A DNA stretch of 64,000 bases. Origin: a virus (Duplodnaviria > Heunggongvirae > Uroviricota > Caudoviricetes). Positions 19,379-28,540 of the stretch are shown piece after piece; the first letter of the stretch is position 1, and each line of letters begins with the position of its first letter. Location of the stretch: the IMG/VR virus record IMGVR_UViG_3300017565_000017, positions 64,779-128,778 of that record; one strand, written 5' to 3'. The notes beneath the pieces were generated by a model. The model was given only the letters and a program-made list of their open reading frames with translations. It made no database searches and was not told the DNA's origin. Both the position numbers and the translations under genes were made by a program.

Positions 19379-20235
19379 GCACTCAATTCAATTTTATCAC
19401 GGCAGATTACCCGCATGTGTTCAATCATCTGCGCGAGCTGGCCTTGACTCTGCACCACCTGCGTACTGATCAGGTTCTAGACATGCGCCAATCGCGCCGT
19501 TCCTTCCGCCCGAACCGCATGGATTTGCTGGGCTGGAACGCGGAGCGGAAAGGCGATGATCAGGTTGTGTCCGGGCTGGACCCTGAGAACTGGCGGGACG
19601 TGTATTACCCGTCGGCAGTCGGGACTTACCTGCACCGACCTGTTACCGTGGTGGAGCTCCAGGACTCGAGTAACCGAAGCTGCGAGAAGCGCATTGTCTG
19701 GGCGCGTATCGTCCGTCTGCTCGAGGTGTACGCAGACAACCGCTTCGATCTACTGCGCCCGGATGCGCTGAAGATCTTGGAAAGTCCCGTATCTTGCTGG
19801 GCTGCGTGGAACTGGGAAATCAGTTCTATCCCATCCGCTCTGCTTACGATGCAGTCCTATCACACCCATTCTTTCAAGGACCAGCAAATTGGCAAGCCCT
19901 CCGACTTGTACTACGAAGGCCATGTGACAATAGAGCCGGTGTTCGGCCATCGTCTAGAACAGGCTTCGGCTCTAGCTCAACTGTTCGGGTTCCGGATTGC
20001 CAGTCTTCTGATGCAGAAAGATCGTGTAGCTACCCCGGAGCGTAGTGACAAAGACACCTTCATGACGGGCCACAGTAAATACGAGGGCAACCTCACGTCG
20101 CGCATGAAAGCCCTCATCAAGACCCTGCAATACCACAATTTCCAAGTGTGGCGTTACAAGATGGAAGACACCGTCTATGACAGCCGCACCCGTGACCTTT
20201 TCCAGCTCTTGACCCCCAAGAGCCGTAACCCCTGA
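19375..20235 (+). CDS. Hypothetical protein
   Basis: 286 aa. GTG start overlapping the upstream stop (GTGA). Confidence 0.5.
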   Translation: MSTQFNFITADYPHVFNHLRELALTLHHLRTDQVLDMRQSRRSFRPNRMDLLGWNAERKGDDQVVSGLDPENWRDVYYPSAVGTYLHRPVTVVELQDSSNRSCEKRIVWARIVRLLEVYADNRFDLLRPDALKILESPVSCWAAWNWEISSIPSALLTMQSYHTHSFKDQQIGKPSDLYYEGHVTIEPVFGHRLEQASALAQLFGFRIASLLMQKDRVATPERSDKDTFMTGHSKYEGNLTSRMKALIKTLQYHNFQVWRYKMEDTVYDSRTRDLFQLLTPKSRNP

Positions 20236-20251
20236 CCTTACAGGAAACACC

Positions 20252-20800
20252 ATGAGCAACTGCCCCCACATCATCACCATGATGATCGGTATCCCCAACA
20301 GCGGCAAGACGACGCAGGTTTCGGAACTGATCCGCCAGGACATGGTTCCCACCTACAACATCTTCAGCCTGAACCGTCTGCGCCTCGAATTCGCGGCCAA
20401 GAACAAGATCATCGAGCCGGTGCCCGAGCACCAAGAGCCGTCGGCTGAAGACTACGTCACGGCGTTCGAATACTGCTCGGACAACTCCGAGTTCAACGCT
20501 TTCCAGAAGGGCGTCTGGTACGAAATGCTGGAAAAAGCCCAGAACTTCCAAGTGCCGATCTACATGGACAACATGCACCTGATCGCGCGCCACCGCAAGG
20601 CCATGATCCGTGACCTGCAAGGCATGGGCCTGACCGTGCGCGGCGTCTACACGGAAGTCAGCCTGGGCGAAGCCATCAACCGCAACGCCGAAGCCAAGGG
20701 TGTTCCCACCCGCGTCATCGAGCGCGCCTACGCGGACCTGGAAGTGCCGGAAGGTATCGAATTCGACGAATTCGTCCACATCGACACTGAAATGGAATAA
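20252..20800 (+). CDS. P-loop nucleotide/polynucleotide kinase-like protein (AAA_33/zeta-like)
   Basis: Walker A IGIPNSGKTT near the N-terminus, 182 aa. GC3-rich. Confidence 0.55.
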   Translation: MSNCPHIITMMIGIPNSGKTTQVSELIRQDMVPTYNIFSLNRLRLEFAAKNKIIEPVPEHQEPSAEDYVTAFEYCSDNSEFNAFQKGVWYEMLEKAQNFQVPIYMDNMHLIARHRKAMIRDLQGMGLTVRGVYTEVSLGEAINRNAEAKGVPTRVIERAYADLEVPEGIEFDEFVHIDTEME

Positions 20801-20810
20801 GGGGTAGCCC

Positions 20811-20996
20811 ATGAGCAGCCTTTCTCGTTTTGACCGTAATGCCAGACGTGCAGCTCAACAGGCCCGCCGTGAAGGGGAACGGGCACGACGATTGGGGCGG
20901 CTCATGGACTCCAACCCCCATCCTCACCAAACCATCGAGCGCCAGTCGTGGGATACTGGCTGGCGCTTCGAGAACAACAAGTTGACGCTCAAATAG
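20811..20996 (+). CDS. Small basic protein
   Basis: 61 aa, Arg-rich. Confidence 0.4.
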   Translation: MSSLSRFDRNARRAAQQARREGERARRLGRLMDSNPHPHQTIERQSWDTGWRFENNKLTLK

Positions 20997-21020
20997 CGTT
21001 CCAAATTTGTTGTACAGGGC

Positions 21021-21084
21021 TTGCTTAGGGGCTTACCGTGCGCTATAATGGCGTTACCGTAAGCCCCTAACTGTATAGGACCCC
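21021..21084 (+). promoter_or_regulatory. sigma70-like promoter (TTGCTT-17-TATAAT) plus leader box
   Basis: -35 at 21021-26, -10 at 21044-49, box cccctaactgtataggacccc at 21064-84, ATG at 21089. Confidence 0.6.
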
Positions 21085-21088
21085 TACT

Positions 21089-21970
21089 ATGCAAGAGCCC
21101 CAAAACACCCAATGGTATGACCGAGCAGGACGTCCGCTTTCCGTGGAGAAAGATGGAGTCTGCTCCTTTGACATGGCGTATGGTCGCGCGCTCCACATAA
21201 CCTATTCTTACTGCTCCCGCTGTGGCGGTCAGGGTGGTTCCCAAGCATGGGCTCACACTGGATATACGTGCTACAAATGCGGTGGCTCTGGGGGCCGTCA
21301 GCAGCGTATGGCCCCGTGCTATACCAAAGAGCGTCTTGACCAGATGAACAGTCTGGCAGAAGCTAAGGCAGAAGCCAAGCGCGAGAAGGCCCGCCGCGAA
21401 GAAGAGGCCCGCCTGGAGCGTCGCCGTGCCGAATTCAATACATGGCTCCAGGAAGAGCATGTTGACCCGCAAGTTATCATGTGGGCCGAACAGCAGCACG
21501 AATCCAAGTCCAACTTCCTGGCGGATATGTCCCGGAAAGTGCGCGACATGTGGACGTTGTCGGAAGCGCAGTACGCAGCTCTGGTCAAGTGCTACGACCG
21601 CGAAGTAGCCCGCGCCACTCAGTGTGAGAACTCTGAGTTCCTTGCACCCATCGGTGAAAAGCTTGGCCCGGTCAAAGTGACGCTCAAGCGTATTCTGGAT
21701 TGGTCCAAGCCGGATCAGTATCCGCCTATCTACAAGTACATGCACGAGATGGTGACGGACGACAACCAAGTCATCATCTACACGGGTAATTCGCGCCAGA
21801 TGAATTACTCTGTTGGTGCCCAATTCATTGTTCAGGGTAAGGTCAAAGACCACACTGAATACCAGGGTCTTAAACAGACCGTTATTGAACGCCCCACTAC
21901 CCAGGAGATTCCAAATGGCGAGCAAGAAACCGGCGAAGTCGGTCAGCTTTTTCCAGATGAGCAAGGATGA
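21089..21970 (+). CDS. Zinc-ribbon-containing hypothetical protein
   Basis: CSRCGG...CYKCGG motifs, then a charged coiled-coil. 293 aa. Confidence 0.5.
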   Translation: MQEPQNTQWYDRAGRPLSVEKDGVCSFDMAYGRALHITYSYCSRCGGQGGSQAWAHTGYTCYKCGGSGGRQQRMAPCYTKERLDQMNSLAEAKAEAKREKARREEEARLERRRAEFNTWLQEEHVDPQVIMWAEQQHESKSNFLADMSRKVRDMWTLSEAQYAALVKCYDREVARATQCENSEFLAPIGEKLGPVKVTLKRILDWSKPDQYPPIYKYMHEMVTDDNQVIIYTGNSRQMNYSVGAQFIVQGKVKDHTEYQGLKQTVIERPTTQEIPNGEQETGEVGQLFPDEQG

Positions 21971-22586
21971 ACAACTGAGCGTGCTCGGGGGCATCTACAC
22001 CAAACTGTTGACTGTGGGTCAACGTCGTGTCAACCTCGACCTGATCCACACTCTCGATACGGATATCATCCCGAAGGGCTGCGGCTCCGCCGCTTGCGTA
22101 GTCGGCTGGGCTGCAACGGACCGCTCTGTCGCAGACCGCCTCGGTGTCCGTCTAGCGGACTACGATCTGGATCTCCAGAAATACGTGGGAAGCTCGACCT
22201 CTGGCTCTCTGGAATTGGTTCGCTTGAATCCGGCATTCAAGGACAAGCCGGTGCAACCTGCCCGCAACAGCACTCACATTTCGTGCCAGCGCGTGTTCCA
22301 GGAACCCAGCATTTCTAGCTTTCTGTTCTCGGCACGGACCGGCCCTGAGAATCGCTGGTCACATTTCCGGGTGGCTCTGGCTCGTCTCTTGTATCTGGGC
22401 CATCTTATCGATTCGGGGTTGAATCTGGCAGAAAACGGTTGGATTGCAAATCGCTATGGCGAACCCAACGAGCATTTTCTGGACAACCAGCGAGCTGCCA
22501 TGATGCGGAATGAATTCGTTGTCCAGCATTTGCAAAAGCTAAAGGCCGCGCCTACCGCAAAACCCGCAGTTAACGCAATAGGGTAA
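21915..22586 (+). CDS. Hypothetical protein
   Basis: In-frame ATG at 21915 with SD CCAGGAG. Overlaps the upstream gene by 56 nt. Confidence 0.45.
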   Translation: MASKKPAKSVSFFQMSKDEQLSVLGGIYTKLLTVGQRRVNLDLIHTLDTDIIPKGCGSAACVVGWAATDRSVADRLGVRLADYDLDLQKYVGSSTSGSLELVRLNPAFKDKPVQPARNSTHISCQRVFQEPSISSFLFSARTGPENRWSHFRVALARLLYLGHLIDSGLNLAENGWIANRYGEPNEHFLDNQRAAMMRNEFVVQHLQKLKAAPTAKPAVNAIG

Positions 22587-22624
22587 GCCCTAGTTAATGT
22601 AAAACAACATTTAGCGCCCCGGGG

Positions 22625-22653
22625 CTTGCATAGGTGTTTTACATGCGTTAATA
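22625..22653 (+). promoter_or_regulatory. sigma70-like promoter (TTGCAT-17-TAATAT), followed by a second promoter-like element sharing TACCGTAGC with the 43.0-kb promoter
   Basis: -35 at 22625-30, -10 at 22648-53. Downstream gtttaccgtagcgcgcactaaatatagg. Confidence 0.5.
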
Positions 22654-22769
22654 TGTGTTTACCGTAGCGCGCACTAAATATAGGTGCGCTATGGTGGGGG
22701 CAACCCCTAACCCTTCCGTAGTAGCAATTAAACCGGGTCTATCGTAAGACCTACAAGAGGAGAAGTACC

Positions 22770-23306
22770 ATGAAGATGAACAAACTGGCTCTGTCCGCCG
22801 CTCTGGCTCTGGCGATGGTGGGCGCTGCCCACGCTCACGGCGGTTCGGGTGGCGCTGGCGTCATCGGCGGCGCGGGCGTCGTGGCCGGTGGCTTTCTGAC
22901 CGGCTACCAAGGTTCGGTGAACGGCAACGTCAGCTCCAGCTCGTCGGGCATGTCGATCTCCGGCGTTCAAGTGAACGGCACCGGCGCTTCGTTCCAGACG
23001 ACCCAGGGCACCACTGGCGGCAACGCCACGGTCGGCGGCGTCGTGAACGCGGGCGGCGCGACCGTCAAGACGGACACCAACAACTGGTCGACGACCTCCA
23101 GCGCCGGTTTCGCGGTCGGCAACACCCCGTCCAACACCACCACGGCCACCGGCCAGACGAACATCGTCAACGGTTCCGTGTCGGGCGGCCAAACGGCCAC
23201 GAAGGCTGAAGGCTGGGGTTCGTTCCAGACCGCCACGATCGGCGCGGTCGGCGGCATCGGTGCCATCGGTGGCGCTGGCGTCATCGGCGGCTGGTTCGGC
23301 AACTAA
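22770..23306 (+). CDS. Secreted Gly/Ser/Thr-rich low-complexity protein (signal peptide)
   Basis: MKMNKLALSAALALAMVGAAHA signal peptide. GGAGVIGG repeats at both ends. Strong SD AAGAGGAG. Very GC3-rich. Confidence 0.65.
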   Translation: MKMNKLALSAALALAMVGAAHAHGGSGGAGVIGGAGVVAGGFLTGYQGSVNGNVSSSSSGMSISGVQVNGTGASFQTTQGTTGGNATVGGVVNAGGATVKTDTNNWSTTSSAGFAVGNTPSNTTTATGQTNIVNGSVSGGQTATKAEGWGSFQTATIGAVGGIGAIGGAGVIGGWFGN

Positions 23307-23318
23307 TCGTTGCTGAAG

Positions 23319-23347
23319 CGCGAGGGGTCTTCAGACCCCTCGCTTCC
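23319..23347 (+). terminator. Intergenic hairpin / weak intrinsic terminator
   Basis: GCGAGGGGTC-TTCA-GACCCCTCGC followed by TTCC. Confidence 0.45.
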
Positions 23348-23367
23348 AAAGACTGGGAGAAATCAAA

Positions 23368-23964
23368 ATGAAAGCTCGCATCGTAGCGACCACCCTGACC
23401 CTGGCTCTGCTTGGCGCTACCGCGCAAGCTCAAGTCCTGTCCCCGAATACCGCCGTCAACAACAGCACGAACTCCAGCGCGCAGACGAACTCCAGCGCCG
23501 GGGCCACGAACGCGGGCAATGCCCAAGCGATCACCTTCAACAGCGAAGCCAACGACCGCCTGAAAACGAACCCCGCGCTCGGCGGCAACTCGTTCTACGG
23601 CTCCTTCTCCAGCGACTCCTGCATGGTCAGCGCCGGTCTGGGTGTGTCGATTGTCGGCTTCGGTACGACCGGCGTCACGCCCATCCGCGACCAACAGTGC
23701 GATATCCGCCGCTCGTTCGAACGCACGATGCAGGCGGCTGCCTCGCAGCCCAAGCGCGCCGACCAACTGACCCAGGCTGCGAACGACATGCTGTGCTCGC
23801 TCGGCGGTCCGGTCTTCAAGGCCATGAACAATCAGTCGCTGTGCAGCGACTGGGTGGTCCAGGAACAAGGTGGCGACTCCACCAAGTCCAGCCAGAAAGC
23901 CGAAATGGACTACCGGGGCAATGCCCGCTCCAGCTTCGACGACCTGTACTTCACCGGGGGCTAA
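23368..23964 (+). CDS. Secreted protein (signal peptide), Ser/Asn/Thr-rich N-region with Cys-containing C-domain
   Basis: MKARIVATTLTLALLGATAQAQ signal peptide. Four Cys. GC3-rich. Confidence 0.6.
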   Translation: MKARIVATTLTLALLGATAQAQVLSPNTAVNNSTNSSAQTNSSAGATNAGNAQAITFNSEANDRLKTNPALGGNSFYGSFSSDSCMVSAGLGVSIVGFGTTGVTPIRDQQCDIRRSFERTMQAAASQPKRADQLTQAANDMLCSLGGPVFKAMNNQSLCSDWVVQEQGGDSTKSSQKAEMDYRGNARSSFDDLYFTGG

Positions 23965-23989
23965 CCCCTCCGGCAAGGCCAGTGTAAGA

Positions 23990-24014
23990 GCCGGGTCGCC
24001 CCGGCTTTTCTTTT
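23990..24014 (+). terminator. Rho-independent terminator
   Basis: GCCGGG-TCGC-CCCGGC followed by TTTTCTTTT. Confidence 0.7.
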
Positions 24015-24175
24015 GACTATGAGTCATAGACTCTATTCATACGGTTACTGATACATATGTACAGTTACTCCATACGTTATATGTAAAACCACCCTATGTA
24101 AAACCGTTAATATAGGGTATGCTTACAGTGTACGGCATATACATTACACAACCCTAACAAGGTACTACAAACTCC

Positions 24176-24955
24176 ATGAGCCCTTCACACAATTACATAG
24201 TTGTCCATGCCGATGAGCGTCGCTACCTCAGCGTGAGCCTCAGCGGCAACCCACAGTGGGTCACTGACGTCAAGAAGGCGTCACCCTTCACCCAGTCTCA
24301 GGCAGTAGCTATTATCTGCCGTCATGGAATGAGCGCCAGCGAACAGCGCCGTGATCTGGTATTGAAGCGTTTGGGGCTCCAACAGAAGCCGGTGAAGGCC
24401 ATCAAGAAAGTAGTGGGAACGCCGCCCGTAATCTTGCGTTACTTGGAAGGCTCCACGATTAAGTATCTGTATCGCTTTTCGTCGAGCCTAGGCGGCATTG
24501 CGTCGTTTACATCCAACTCAAATAATGCTCGCAAGTTCAGCTCATTCGAGCAGGCTCAGCAATTTATCGCTAATACGAGCTCGTATGATCCGCGTCTCAA
24601 GAAATGCACTCCCGTTCACCAGAATGTGGCCCATGTTCTGGAAACTGTAGTCGCTCAGCGCCCTGCTCAGGACAGCCGTATCCAGCAGGTGGTTGATCAA
24701 TTCAACACCCAACTCCCGACTCTAACCAATCGCGACGTTGTTCGCGTTTGGACTTTCCTGAACCCGAAATCAAAAACGGGTTTGTCGATGACCGTATCCG
24801 TAGATAGCGGTCTTACCAAGCTTGAGGCGTGGCAGCTAGTTCGCGCCAAGTATGGTATCCGGTCGAGTCTGCCCGCAGCCTACGACGAGTACCGTGGCGT
24901 TGAAGCTCAAACGGCTCTGAAGTTGGCTATGGACATGACTGTCGTCAAGTTCTGA
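24176..24955 (+). CDS. Hypothetical protein
   Basis: 259 aa. Upstream is an AT-rich region with the repeat ATGTAAAACC x2. Confidence 0.5.
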   Translation: MSPSHNYIVVHADERRYLSVSLSGNPQWVTDVKKASPFTQSQAVAIICRHGMSASEQRRDLVLKRLGLQQKPVKAIKKVVGTPPVILRYLEGSTIKYLYRFSSSLGGIASFTSNSNNARKFSSFEQAQQFIANTSSYDPRLKKCTPVHQNVAHVLETVVAQRPAQDSRIQQVVDQFNTQLPTLTNRDVVRVWTFLNPKSKTGLSMTVSVDSGLTKLEAWQLVRAKYGIRSSLPAAYDEYRGVEAQTALKLAMDMTVVKF

Positions 24956-24971
24956 TCCAAAGGTGAAGTCT

Positions 24972-25382
24972 ATGGTAGTATCTATTGATTTGTATGTCTT
25001 GCTTGCTGTGGCTATATTTCTGCAGACCAAACATCTGGTCGTAGATTTCTACCTACAGACTCCCTATATGTACCTCAATAAAGGTACATTCCTTCACCCT
25101 GGTGGGCTCATACACGCCGCGTTCCACGCTCTTGTGACCATCGTAGGTCTGACTAGCCTCCCTCTTGACTTCGGGTGGCTCCTTATCATCGGCGCAGTTG
25201 AATTCTTTGTCCATTATTTTATGGATTGGACAAAAGTCAATGTCTGCCGTTGGTGGGATTATCACCCTAAGACTGCGAAATTCTGGGAGTGGCTGGGTCT
25301 AGATCAGTGGGTTCATCAACTGAACTACATCTTCACATTAGCGGTGTGTCTCAAGCTCGGCGCACTTGCTCCCCCGACCTAA
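24972..25382 (+). CDS. Membrane protein (about 4 TM)
   Basis: ATG at 24972 after AAGGTGAAG. Hydrophobic helices. Confidence 0.5.
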   Translation: MVVSIDLYVLLAVAIFLQTKHLVVDFYLQTPYMYLNKGTFLHPGGLIHAAFHALVTIVGLTSLPLDFGWLLIIGAVEFFVHYFMDWTKVNVCRWWDYHPKTAKFWEWLGLDQWVHQLNYIFTLAVCLKLGALAPPT

Positions 25383-25426
25383 CCCCCACGTGTGTAACCG
25401 GGCCGCTTATGCGGCCCAATTTATTA

Positions 25427-25452
25427 TGTATAGCGCGGTATAATACGCTATA
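25427..25452 (+). promoter_or_regulatory. Palindrome GTATAGCG-CGGTATAATA-CGCTATAC centred on a TATAAT -10 (operator-like)
   Basis: Perfect 8-bp inverted repeat flanking TATAAT (25438-43). Lies upstream of the H1-like gene. Confidence 0.5.
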
Positions 25453-25489
25453 CACATAAACCCCTCCCAAGAATTCAGGAAGTACAATC

Positions 25490-26122
25490 ATGGCGAAAAT
25501 TTTCTTAATCGAACGCAAGACCTCCAAATCCACCAAGTACCTCAAGTCGGATCCCAGTACGGGTCGCTTCCTGTGGACTGAAGACCCTAACGAGGCATAT
25601 CGTTTCGACGAGCAGGACACCGCCGAGGAATGGATGGAAGATGACAGTGTTGGCGGAACTAGTGTTGTGCGTCGCTCTGTTGCTATTGCCGCTTACGGTG
25701 ACGGTGCAGACGAAGAAGCTCCGGTGGAAATCAAGGTCAAGCCTAAGAAGAAGGCTGCTCCGGCTCTCGAGGACCTGCAACCTATCGCTCGCGGTAAGAC
25801 TGCCAAGCGTCAGGCTGTGAAGGTTAAGGACGACGAGGCTGAAGCTCCGGTTGCCGCTCCCAAGAAGGCAGCAAAGAAAGCGGCTCCTGCCCCCACCAAG
25901 ACCGCCGCCCCAGCTAAGAAGGCTGCTAAGACTGCGACCCCTGCCAAGAAGGTAGCGAAGACGGCTGTTCCGACAAAGACTCCTGTGGCGTCGGGCGAGA
26001 CTAAACTCACGGCCATGCGCCTGCCTATCACGCTCGTGGACAAGTTCGCAAGCCTGGGTGGCGGTAATGTTTCCGCCGGTGTCCGCAAGATGGCTGAAGA
26101 GTACTTCGCCCGTAAGAAGTAA
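25490..26122 (+). CDS. Histone H1 / AlgP-like lysine-alanine-rich DNA-binding protein
   Basis: Central AKKAA/KPAA-type repeats (PKKAAKKAAPAPTKTAAPAKKAAKTATPAKKVAK). Acidic N-domain. GC3-rich. Confidence 0.6.
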   Translation: MAKIFLIERKTSKSTKYLKSDPSTGRFLWTEDPNEAYRFDEQDTAEEWMEDDSVGGTSVVRRSVAIAAYGDGADEEAPVEIKVKPKKKAAPALEDLQPIARGKTAKRQAVKVKDDEAEAPVAAPKKAAKKAAPAPTKTAAPAKKAAKTATPAKKVAKTAVPTKTPVASGETKLTAMRLPITLVDKFASLGGGNVSAGVRKMAEEYFARKK

Positions 26123-26129
26123 GAACAGA

Positions 26130-26165
26130 GCCCGACTAGGATCCTAGTCGGGCTTTTGTTTTTGG
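26130..26165 (+). terminator. Rho-independent terminator
   Basis: GCCCGACTAGGA-TCCTAGTCGGGC followed by TTTTGTTTTT. Confidence 0.8.
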
Positions 26166-26168
26166 GGC

Positions 26169-26237
26169 TTGTGCCGGTGCATGCGCGCCTGTATAATGGC
26201 CCTGTAAACCCGTAAACCCTAACCGTATAGGCCCGTT
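26169..26237 (+). promoter_or_regulatory. sigma70-like promoter (TTGTGC-17-TATAAT) plus leader box
   Basis: -35 at 26169-74, -10 at 26192-97, box aaccctaaccgtataggcccgtt, ATG at 26238. Confidence 0.6.
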
Positions 26238-26567
26238 ATGCTACCCCGCGCCCTAGCCCTTACCCTGCTACTACTGCCCGCCCTGGCGGGCGCACAAGCC
26301 AGCTACAGCACCGCTGACCGCGACCGAATGATTATTCAGGCTGCGCAGTCGGCTGTTGCACGACTTGGCCCCAATCCGTATCGCATGTACAGCACCAACT
26401 GGTCACATGAAGAGGACCGTCGTTTGCAGGTCTACGAAGAGGCTATGCGCGTGGAGAGCAACCGTCTGTTCCAACTCCAAGTGAACAAGACATATGCCGC
26501 AGACCGTGCTTCTAAGGAAGCTTTTTTCCAAAAGAATCCGCATCTGCGCCCTGTCAACTCCCGCTGA
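26238..26567 (+). CDS. Small secreted protein (signal peptide)
   Basis: MLPRALALTLLLLPALAGAQA. Confidence 0.55.
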   Translation: MLPRALALTLLLLPALAGAQASYSTADRDRMIIQAAQSAVARLGPNPYRMYSTNWSHEEDRRLQVYEEAMRVESNRLFQLQVNKTYAADRASKEAFFQKNPHLRPVNSR

Positions 26568-26581
26568 ACAAAGTAACCTCT

Positions 26582-28279
26582 ATGCCACGTCCGAATAAGA
26601 CCTGGGGCGGTTCCCGGACCGCCCTTCAGAATCGTGTACAGCAATCCCGGGATGCCAGATCCCAAGCTCGTGCTGTATCGGAAGCTGCCGACGAAATGAC
26701 CCAAGTCTTGGTCCAGGAAGTAGACCGTTCACGCCTTATTCGACATCTAGGTGAAGGTGGTGTGCGTGCAGGTGAACTTTCTGTCATCGGTGGCCGACGA
26801 ATGGCGGATCGGGGTATCGTGGCTTACATGAATCAGCGCGACCGGCAGGCCATACGGGAAATGACTCGTCGTATGTACGGTAACGTCGGACTGGATCTGA
26901 ACCTGTTCGGCGATTTTGATCCAACTGAAGCTTCTCCAGCAGAGCTCCCAAGTCGTGGTTGGCGTGTACAGGAATCCCCGATTGATACGAGCACCCCGGA
27001 TGGGGAGTTCCGCCGCATCCGGCGAACCACTGCGAGTCTCCGCGAGGAACGCTTTACCCGGTATTCCTTCCCGATGCCTCTGGGGTTGGCCCAAGCTCAG
27101 GCCAACCCTATCAACGTGGACGAATGTTCCTACCAGCTCTACGAGACCCTTAGGAACCTAATACTGCGGGACTCTGAGCTAAATCGCATGTTCATGAAGG
27201 TGGAAGATAGTTTCCTGAAAAAGCTCAAAGCCTGGAGCTATCACCTTGTGAACAAAGTGTTCGGGCGTGACCCCGCTTTTCAATTCCCCATTGTTAAGTG
27301 TTCTACTCCTTCGGGCCGAGTTCGATACGAAACTCGCCGTCAATCGGTGTTGGAACGGGGTTTGAATTGCTCGAGCAAGCATGACTACGACGTGTGCCGT
27401 ATTGTGGTGCCTAAGTGGCTCCAGGCATCCGACGATGCTTTCTCCAACCCCACGTCCAGACCGGTTTTCATAGATCTGGATTCGATCATCCGCAGAGATC
27501 TACGTCTGTTGATGAAAGCCAAACCCGGAACAACGTTTTCTATGCGGAATACGTTGCTGGGTATGACCATGCCCGCTAACACGGTATTTGCATCTACGGA
27601 CAAAGCATTCGCTCGGAATACCTACGAGGTATATCCACGGGCTAAGAACTACGGCCTGTGGCTGATCCAAGCTCTATATGGTTTCCTAAAGAACCACGAC
27701 AAGATCACCCGGCCTTGGGCCGAATATGATTTGGAAAAGTGGGCTCACGACTCATACGTTGAGTTTCGTATTGAACGTTACAAGAAGCTCTCGGCCGAAT
27801 TCAGTCAGATATTGGAACAGAGCCGCACGCCGGTTTACTACATAGGGGACTTCTTTGGTCACCCGTATGTGGTCATACCGTTGAAGGAACGGGATCTAAT
27901 CTCCATTGACGGGCACATGATGGAGCATTGCGCGTCTGGTAATATGAACGAGCCTGCTCGGCTGTTCTACTCTATTCGCCAAGCTCGCTTGGAAGATGGC
28001 AAATACATCCCAACGTATGCTCGCATTACGTTTGATGTTACGCTGGAGCTGGAGTTGCGTAAGGACCAGATCGACCCGTCCGACCCTAACTTTTCCCATA
28101 TTCCGCTCAAGATGACCCCCCGCCTAGGTTCGATCAAAGGCGCGTGCAACATGAATAATGCTCGGTGGCGTCCTGTGATCGAAGCTGCCGGACATCTTCT
28201 GGGTATGCCGGAGCTGGGTCAGCGTTACATCGTAACTCCGACCAAGACCGCAGACGAGGAAGAGAGTGACCTTCCGTGA
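26582..28279 (+). CDS. Large hypothetical protein (565 aa)
   Basis: No recognisable motif apart from DGHMMEHCASGNM. Confidence 0.55.
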   Translation: MPRPNKTWGGSRTALQNRVQQSRDARSQARAVSEAADEMTQVLVQEVDRSRLIRHLGEGGVRAGELSVIGGRRMADRGIVAYMNQRDRQAIREMTRRMYGNVGLDLNLFGDFDPTEASPAELPSRGWRVQESPIDTSTPDGEFRRIRRTTASLREERFTRYSFPMPLGLAQAQANPINVDECSYQLYETLRNLILRDSELNRMFMKVEDSFLKKLKAWSYHLVNKVFGRDPAFQFPIVKCSTPSGRVRYETRRQSVLERGLNCSSKHDYDVCRIVVPKWLQASDDAFSNPTSRPVFIDLDSIIRRDLRLLMKAKPGTTFSMRNTLLGMTMPANTVFASTDKAFARNTYEVYPRAKNYGLWLIQALYGFLKNHDKITRPWAEYDLEKWAHDSYVEFRIERYKKLSAEFSQILEQSRTPVYYIGDFFGHPYVVIPLKERDLISIDGHMMEHCASGNMNEPARLFYSIRQARLEDGKYIPTYARITFDVTLELELRKDQIDPSDPNFSHIPLKMTPRLGSIKGACNMNNARWRPVIEAAGHLLGMPELGQRYIVTPTKTADEEESDLP

Positions 28280-28288
28280 CCCCGCTAA

Positions 28289-28363
28289 TTGTGTAAGGTA
28301 CTAGCGCGCTATACCATATTGCGTTAATATATGGCACCGGCCTAACCGTTAGGAACTACCCGC
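28289..28363 (+). promoter_or_regulatory. Weak promoter plus variant leader box (CCTAACCGTTAGGAACTACCC)
   Basis: TTGTGT at 28289, box at 28341-61, ATG at 28364. Confidence 0.35.
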
Positions 28364-28540
28364 ATGAAAATCGCAATTAACGGAAAAGAGCTCATTATCA
28401 ACACGAATGACCGTGGCGAGCTCTGTCTGTATGTTAGCGAATATTCAACGTTTTACGAGCGGATGGAATTACGACCTGCCGTACTGACCGATCTACCCGT
28501 AACCCTCAACGTAGAGGTGAAGAATGACCGTAGTAAATAA
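28364..28540 (+). CDS. Small protein (58 aa, below the ORF-track cutoff)
   Basis: MKIAINGKELIINTNDRGELCLYVSEYSTFYERMELRPAVLTDLPVTLNVEVKNDRSK. Starts directly after the leader box. Its 3' end carries the SD (AGAGGTGA) for the next gene. Confidence 0.5.
   Translation: MKIAINGKELIINTNDRGELCLYVSEYSTFYERMELRPAVLTDLPVTLNVEVKNDRSK

Noticed and set aside
20252-20800. Calling the P-loop kinase a 5-hmdU DNA kinase of a thymidine-hypermodification pathway
   Set aside because: It rests on a Walker A motif only. No other modification enzymes (hydroxymethylase, aGPT-Pplase, PLP enzymes) were recognised in the window.
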